Below, in pieces: positions 59,310-64,000 of a stretch of 64,000 nucleotides of DNA. Position numbers and translations under genes: made by a program. This stretch comes from Lama guanicoe. Taxonomy: Eukaryota. The notes beneath the pieces were generated by a model. It saw only the letters and a program-made list of their open reading frames with translations, made no database searches and had not been told where the DNA came from. The DNA is taken from positions 7,055,078-7,119,077 of the forward strand of contig MU054001.1 in the NCBI GenBank assembly GCA_013239625.1, in the 5' to 3' direction. Numbering within the stretch: position 1 is the first letter of the stretch; each line of letters begins with the position of its first letter.

Positions 59310-62300
59310 TCACCACCGGGTCTGAGTTCAAAATGTCCTTCACCACTGGGGATGCATGAAAACACTGGAATTGCATTTGAGTGTCACTGTTGAGACATCT
59401 GTCCTCAAGTTCTTGTTTCCATTGTTGTGATTTTCATTCTCAGTATTTCTAATTAGACTTTGTAATTGCCTAGTCAATTCCCTCCTACATATTATTGAGT
59501 TTATTTCTTATGCTTGCTATAAAGTCTCATTCTGTATAGTTTGCTGGGTGTGAGGTTCTTCTTTTATGAGTGGCACCTTCTCAATTGTCTCATTCCTGTC
59601 CCACTGAGAGCTCATCTTCCCTGGGGGTGATCAGGTACTTTGGCCACTAAATGTCTACCACGCAGGATACACTGGGCTAAAGCCCAAGCCCCAGCTCATG
59701 TCCCCTCTGGTAAGTTTAGGAAAGGGTGTGGTGAAGGAAGGGAGGGAGGGACCAGGACAAGGGGGTTATGGGGGAAGGGGCAGTCCTGTGGGGAAGAGAT
59801 TCTGGTGTAACAGCACCATTCTCTCGCTGACACCCCCACCCCCTCACCCTACCCCCCAGATAAAAGTCTCAGTACTTTTTTCTGAGCCCTGCTCTGTTCC
59901 TGGAACCGTCTTCCTTGGTCGTACTCCCCCAGACCTGAGGAGGGGGAGGAGGTGGGGCTGGGGAAGTGGGGGATGCACAGGCCTGCTGGTCTCCCTGCAT
60001 CTGGTTTTCTCTCCAGCCACCCAGCCAGGCTCCAGTGATGTCACTACTACAGGACAAAAAGATGAAAGGGACAGGCATTGACTGACCAGGGAGCTGCTGG
60101 GGAGGAAACAGAGCTTTCCTCAAACTGTCCCCTAAAAACAATTCCCAGCCCTTCAGGCTGTTGTTTTCTCTCAAGTTTGGACCCAAATCCCTTTCACTTT
60201 TCCTAGGTGTTTCTCGCAGTTTCTCCTTCAGTGTTTCAGATTGCTGGCTTCTACCTCATGACATCTGCAGATCGGGTTTCAGGCAAGGGAGCCAGCAGCC
60301 TGAGGGAGTTTCCACCTCAGCAGGACTTCCCAGCACATCACCTCACGTGGACTCAGCATGACCTGGTGCGTGGCTCACCAGGTGGCTCAAATGGGAGTGG
60401 CCACCCCAGCCACAGTCCCAACCACAGCCACCAGCCAGGAGGGCTGTGGTGGTGATGAGCCAGCCTCCACCTTCATGGAGTTTATAAGCTGGTCAGGGGA
60501 TAGCCAGGCAATTAAGGCAGAGAGTGCTAAACGCGACAGGACTTATTCCTGGAGCCAGTCTCAGGCTTGTGCATGTGCCTGGATGGTGCTGTCATGGCGA
60601 ACATCACGGAAGACTTGCCTGGAAAAGGTGACACCAAAGCCGATGCCTGAAGGATGGTTTACAGGGGAGAGCCCTCTAGGTAGAGAAGGTAGTGCAGCCA
60701 AAGGCCAGGAAGTCAGAAGGAGCACAGTGCGTCTGGAAAGAAGACGAAGGCGTCTCTGGGATTAGGGGGAAGTGAGTAAGATGGGGTCCTGCCAGTGCAG
60801 AGTGGGTCCTGTCTTTATTTAAACTTTCAGTATTTCATTCATCATAGATTTCTTTGCATTAATTAAAAAATATTGCATTGAAGTGGTGTTTGTCTTGTTT
60901 ACTGAGCCTTTTGCTGCCCCTTTCAATGTCTCCCCAGAGGCGAGTGCCTCACTTGCCTTACCCTAGCCTTGGTAGTTGGGCCAGGCTGCAGCACCGATTT
61001 CCAAGATGAGCAAGTAGTGAAAGACAAGGCTGGAGTATGGAGCAGAGGCCAGATCAGGAAGGCTGGCCTGCTTCATGCAAGAATTGGTCCTTGTGTCTCA
61101 GTTCCACTTGAAGCTGCCTGGTGGGACACGGCTGCCCTTGAGACTCCAATCCGGCTGGACAGGGATCACACTGGCTTAAGGGGTTGAGGCAGCAGCCTGG
61201 AGGAAGAATTTTCCTTCTTCCACTATCTCCTTGCCCCACACTCTGCAGCCCAGCTGTCTGGACTTGGATGTCACCACCCCCCGTGGGACCTGCATGTCAC
61301 CCTTTTTTCTTTTTATTCGTCTTCCTGCAATGTGCGTCAGGTGGACACAAGATTAGCTCATTGATTAACAGATCGTTGGAGGGCCCCATCCTTCCCACAC
61401 TGCATCTCCCCTTGTATAGGGGCTGTTAAAAGAATATCAATGAGGTTGTTAATGTAGCAATCAGGATTTTCTGGTGGAACCAAAGCTTTGAGAATCAATA
61501 AAACATTAAAAAAGGTTAAACACTTTATGGGATAAGCCAGGACATATTCCTATTTCATGACACAGCTTTGGGGGAAAATGGAATATAACAAGGCAAGATC
61601 ATATCACTGTGTAATGGGAAAACACTACATAAAAGGGTTATTTTATCAGTTTGATACTTGAACTCATTACGACTAAAGTTGGAGCAATGGAATGAGGTCT
61701 CCGCAGGGGAAGCAGCAAGGTGGCTGGCAGATAAGAATGCCAGGGGAGTCTGGTGCTTTCCCTGGCTGTGACCTTGGGTAACCCCTTTAAGTGAATTTCT
61801 CTAAGCCTGAGTTTCCTCAGCTTAAAGACGGGCCTAATGTTCCGTGTTCTGTTTCCTTGTGGGGCAGTTATGAAAATCTGGTGAAATAAAGCGTATCAAG
61901 TATCATGTGAATATTAAAAGGGTTTTTGTCTATAATCACACTAACTGAGAAATAGTCTTCGGGGAGGATCTCTGAGCCTGCAGGAGAAGCGGGAAAGAGG
62001 CTGTAAGGTGACACAGCTGCACCGGTGGGGTCCGCTGTCTGACACCGCCGACCGGCCTCTTAATGGATATGGATTGCTGCTTCCCTGCATTTTCTCCAGG
62101 ACTCTTGTGAATTCCTCCTGCGTTTCCATCTATGGGGTCTTACTTCCTTCTCTGGGAAAGGACTTGCTCTTTCCTCCTTACTTCTGAGTATTGGTTTACA
62201 AACCCCATCCATCCTTAGGGCCCCTGAGGCATGGGAGCGGGGATACCTTCCTACCAGTCTCTCCCAACTCCCTAAAGCTCGAGGTGTTTATTGCAAGCAG

Positions 62301-64000
62301 GATAGAACTGTCTAAAGTACATGTTTTTAGTGGCATTATTTGGGAAATGTAAGTTCTTATCTTTGTTGTGTCCATGTGTAAAAGTTGAATAATACCTTAG
62401 AAAATAAAAAGAAAAATCCATGGGCACGTCTGAGATTAGGGTGAGCCTTACAGTTGTGTAGCCAGTGTCCATTTGGACGAGTTCAGAAAGCTTATCCAAA
62501 AATGACTGTTGTCTTAGATTGAAACACTGTGTGATGAGCCCTCCCCTCTGCCTTTTGGAATCTTGCTGTCCCTCCAAGGCCCGCCGTTCCCCAGCAGCCC
62601 TCCTTCGCTCCCCCAGCCCTCAGAGGGCCGCCCTGGGTCCCGCCAGCCTTGGGAGTGCTCACCTTCTGGCTACTCAGAGTGCGCCAGTCTTCTGGGTCGG
62701 CCTCAGACTGCTCCTTTGTCCTCCCCCAACCCTGAGCCCCCAGTAGGTGACCAAGAAGTCATTGATCAGGAATCCTTACATAGATGTGTATCCTGGGAGC
62801 TGTTCCCGTCAGAAGCTGTGCTCTGGTCTAGAGACTTCCTGATGCTTTGCCAGTCTCTCCAGCCCCCAAGCACCAGCCCCACATGCAGAGCAGCAGACCA
62901 GCTGACACCCCAGGGGAGAAATGGGGCCTCCTCCTTCCTTGATGGAGAGAGGCCTCCTTGATGACTTTCTCCATGTGACTCACGCACCTGCTTTCACACT
63001 GTTCCTTTAGTGATTTTTCAAGCCTAATGGGCATCATATCAGCTCGTTTCCTTTAAAAAATGTATGGAAGAGGCCCATGTGCGGATCATGTGCTGTTCAC
63101 CGTCTCTCGCTGTTCTCTGTCCACAGAGCTGGTAATTTGAAGAGGCTCTCACTTGGCTCCGGTTGAAGTTGCTGTGGTACTCTGCCGCACTGCGTAGGAA
63201 AGGTTTCCCGCAAAAGGGGTTAGGTTGAGGAGCAGAATCCTCAAAACAAGGGGTACAGGAGAAACTGCAGGAGAAACTGCCTAAGTGTCAGGGAGTATGG
63301 AAAAACCCATCACAGTTTCTGTTGCTACTGGAGGGGAGGTTTCAATAGAACAGACGAAGCTGGCTTCACCCCTTCCCACCCATTCTGCCACGAATGTGAA
63401 TGTGATATTTGAATTGTGGCAGCCATCCTGTGACTGCGAGCAATTACTGTGTGCTAGAAATTGCGCCCAGGGTTATAGCTAATCCTCATTGAAACCCTAT
63501 GAAGCAGGAGCCGTTATCCACCCCATTTCATAGGTGAGGAAACCGAGGCTCAGAGAGTAGACGAGCACACAGCTATCAGATAGCAGAGGTGGCAGTTGAA
63601 TCCAGGTCTGGCAAAACACAAGGCTGAGCTGTTAACCGTGAGCTCTACATTCCTCATAGAAGGCGGGGCAGCAGAAGGCTGGAAGGGCTCCCAGCTTCAT
63701 GGCATCCATTCTCCGTCTGCCCTGGTGAGCTGCTCCGTGTCCTCCTTTCTTTTTCTGAGAACAGGTGGGATGAATGTGGAAAGCTGGGGAGAGCATGTTG
63801 GGGAACTCCCTGCAAAACTGGTATTTAATCACTTTAACTCCAATGAGTGAGCATGCAGATGCGGCTCAAGGTGTGGCTGTTTTAATAATAAATCAGAGTT
63901 GAGTGCTCACAATTCCTTAATTATGTACATTTTTCTCAGGAAGAGTTTAAGGACCCCAGCAGGTGCTTGCTCTCTGGGCCTCATTACTGCTGGCAAAGCA

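Noticed and set aside
36200..64000. Numerous 60-180 aa ORFs in the track outside the GCSH and L1 remnants
   Set aside because: They mostly have non-ATG starts, are repeat-derived or low-information, and show no exon structure or recognisable domains.

Overview
Mammalian genomic DNA, almost certainly camelid, because it carries five tRNA-derived Vic-1-type SINEs. The left part holds the last two coding exons and 3' UTR of a + strand protein-coding gene that I cannot name (C-terminus ...FKWNGKGSFGTFLF*). The rest is mostly repeat-rich intergenic DNA (L1, MaLR/ERV LTRs, DNA-transposon fossils). The main finding is an intronless, TSD-flanked, poly(A)-tailed retrocopy of emerin (EMD, X-linked in placental mammals) on the - strand at about 34.4-35.8 kb. 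Its 260-aa ORF is intact, it has kept its CpGs, and its 5' end carries three CRE/ATF half-sites spaced 11 bp apart plus an NRF1-like motif, so it is a candidate functional 'out-of-X' retrogene that brought its own promoter. Also present: a three-layer nested insertion (MaLR LTR > dead GCSH processed pseudogene > full-length L1), an ORF1-only L1 with a probable 3' transduction, a young L1-retroposed LTR-like 3' end, a young betaretrovirus-like solo LTR, a perfect 25-bp KLF/SP palindrome and a perfect RFX X-box. Repeat family names were recognised by eye, and repeat boundaries are approximate unless defined by TSDs.
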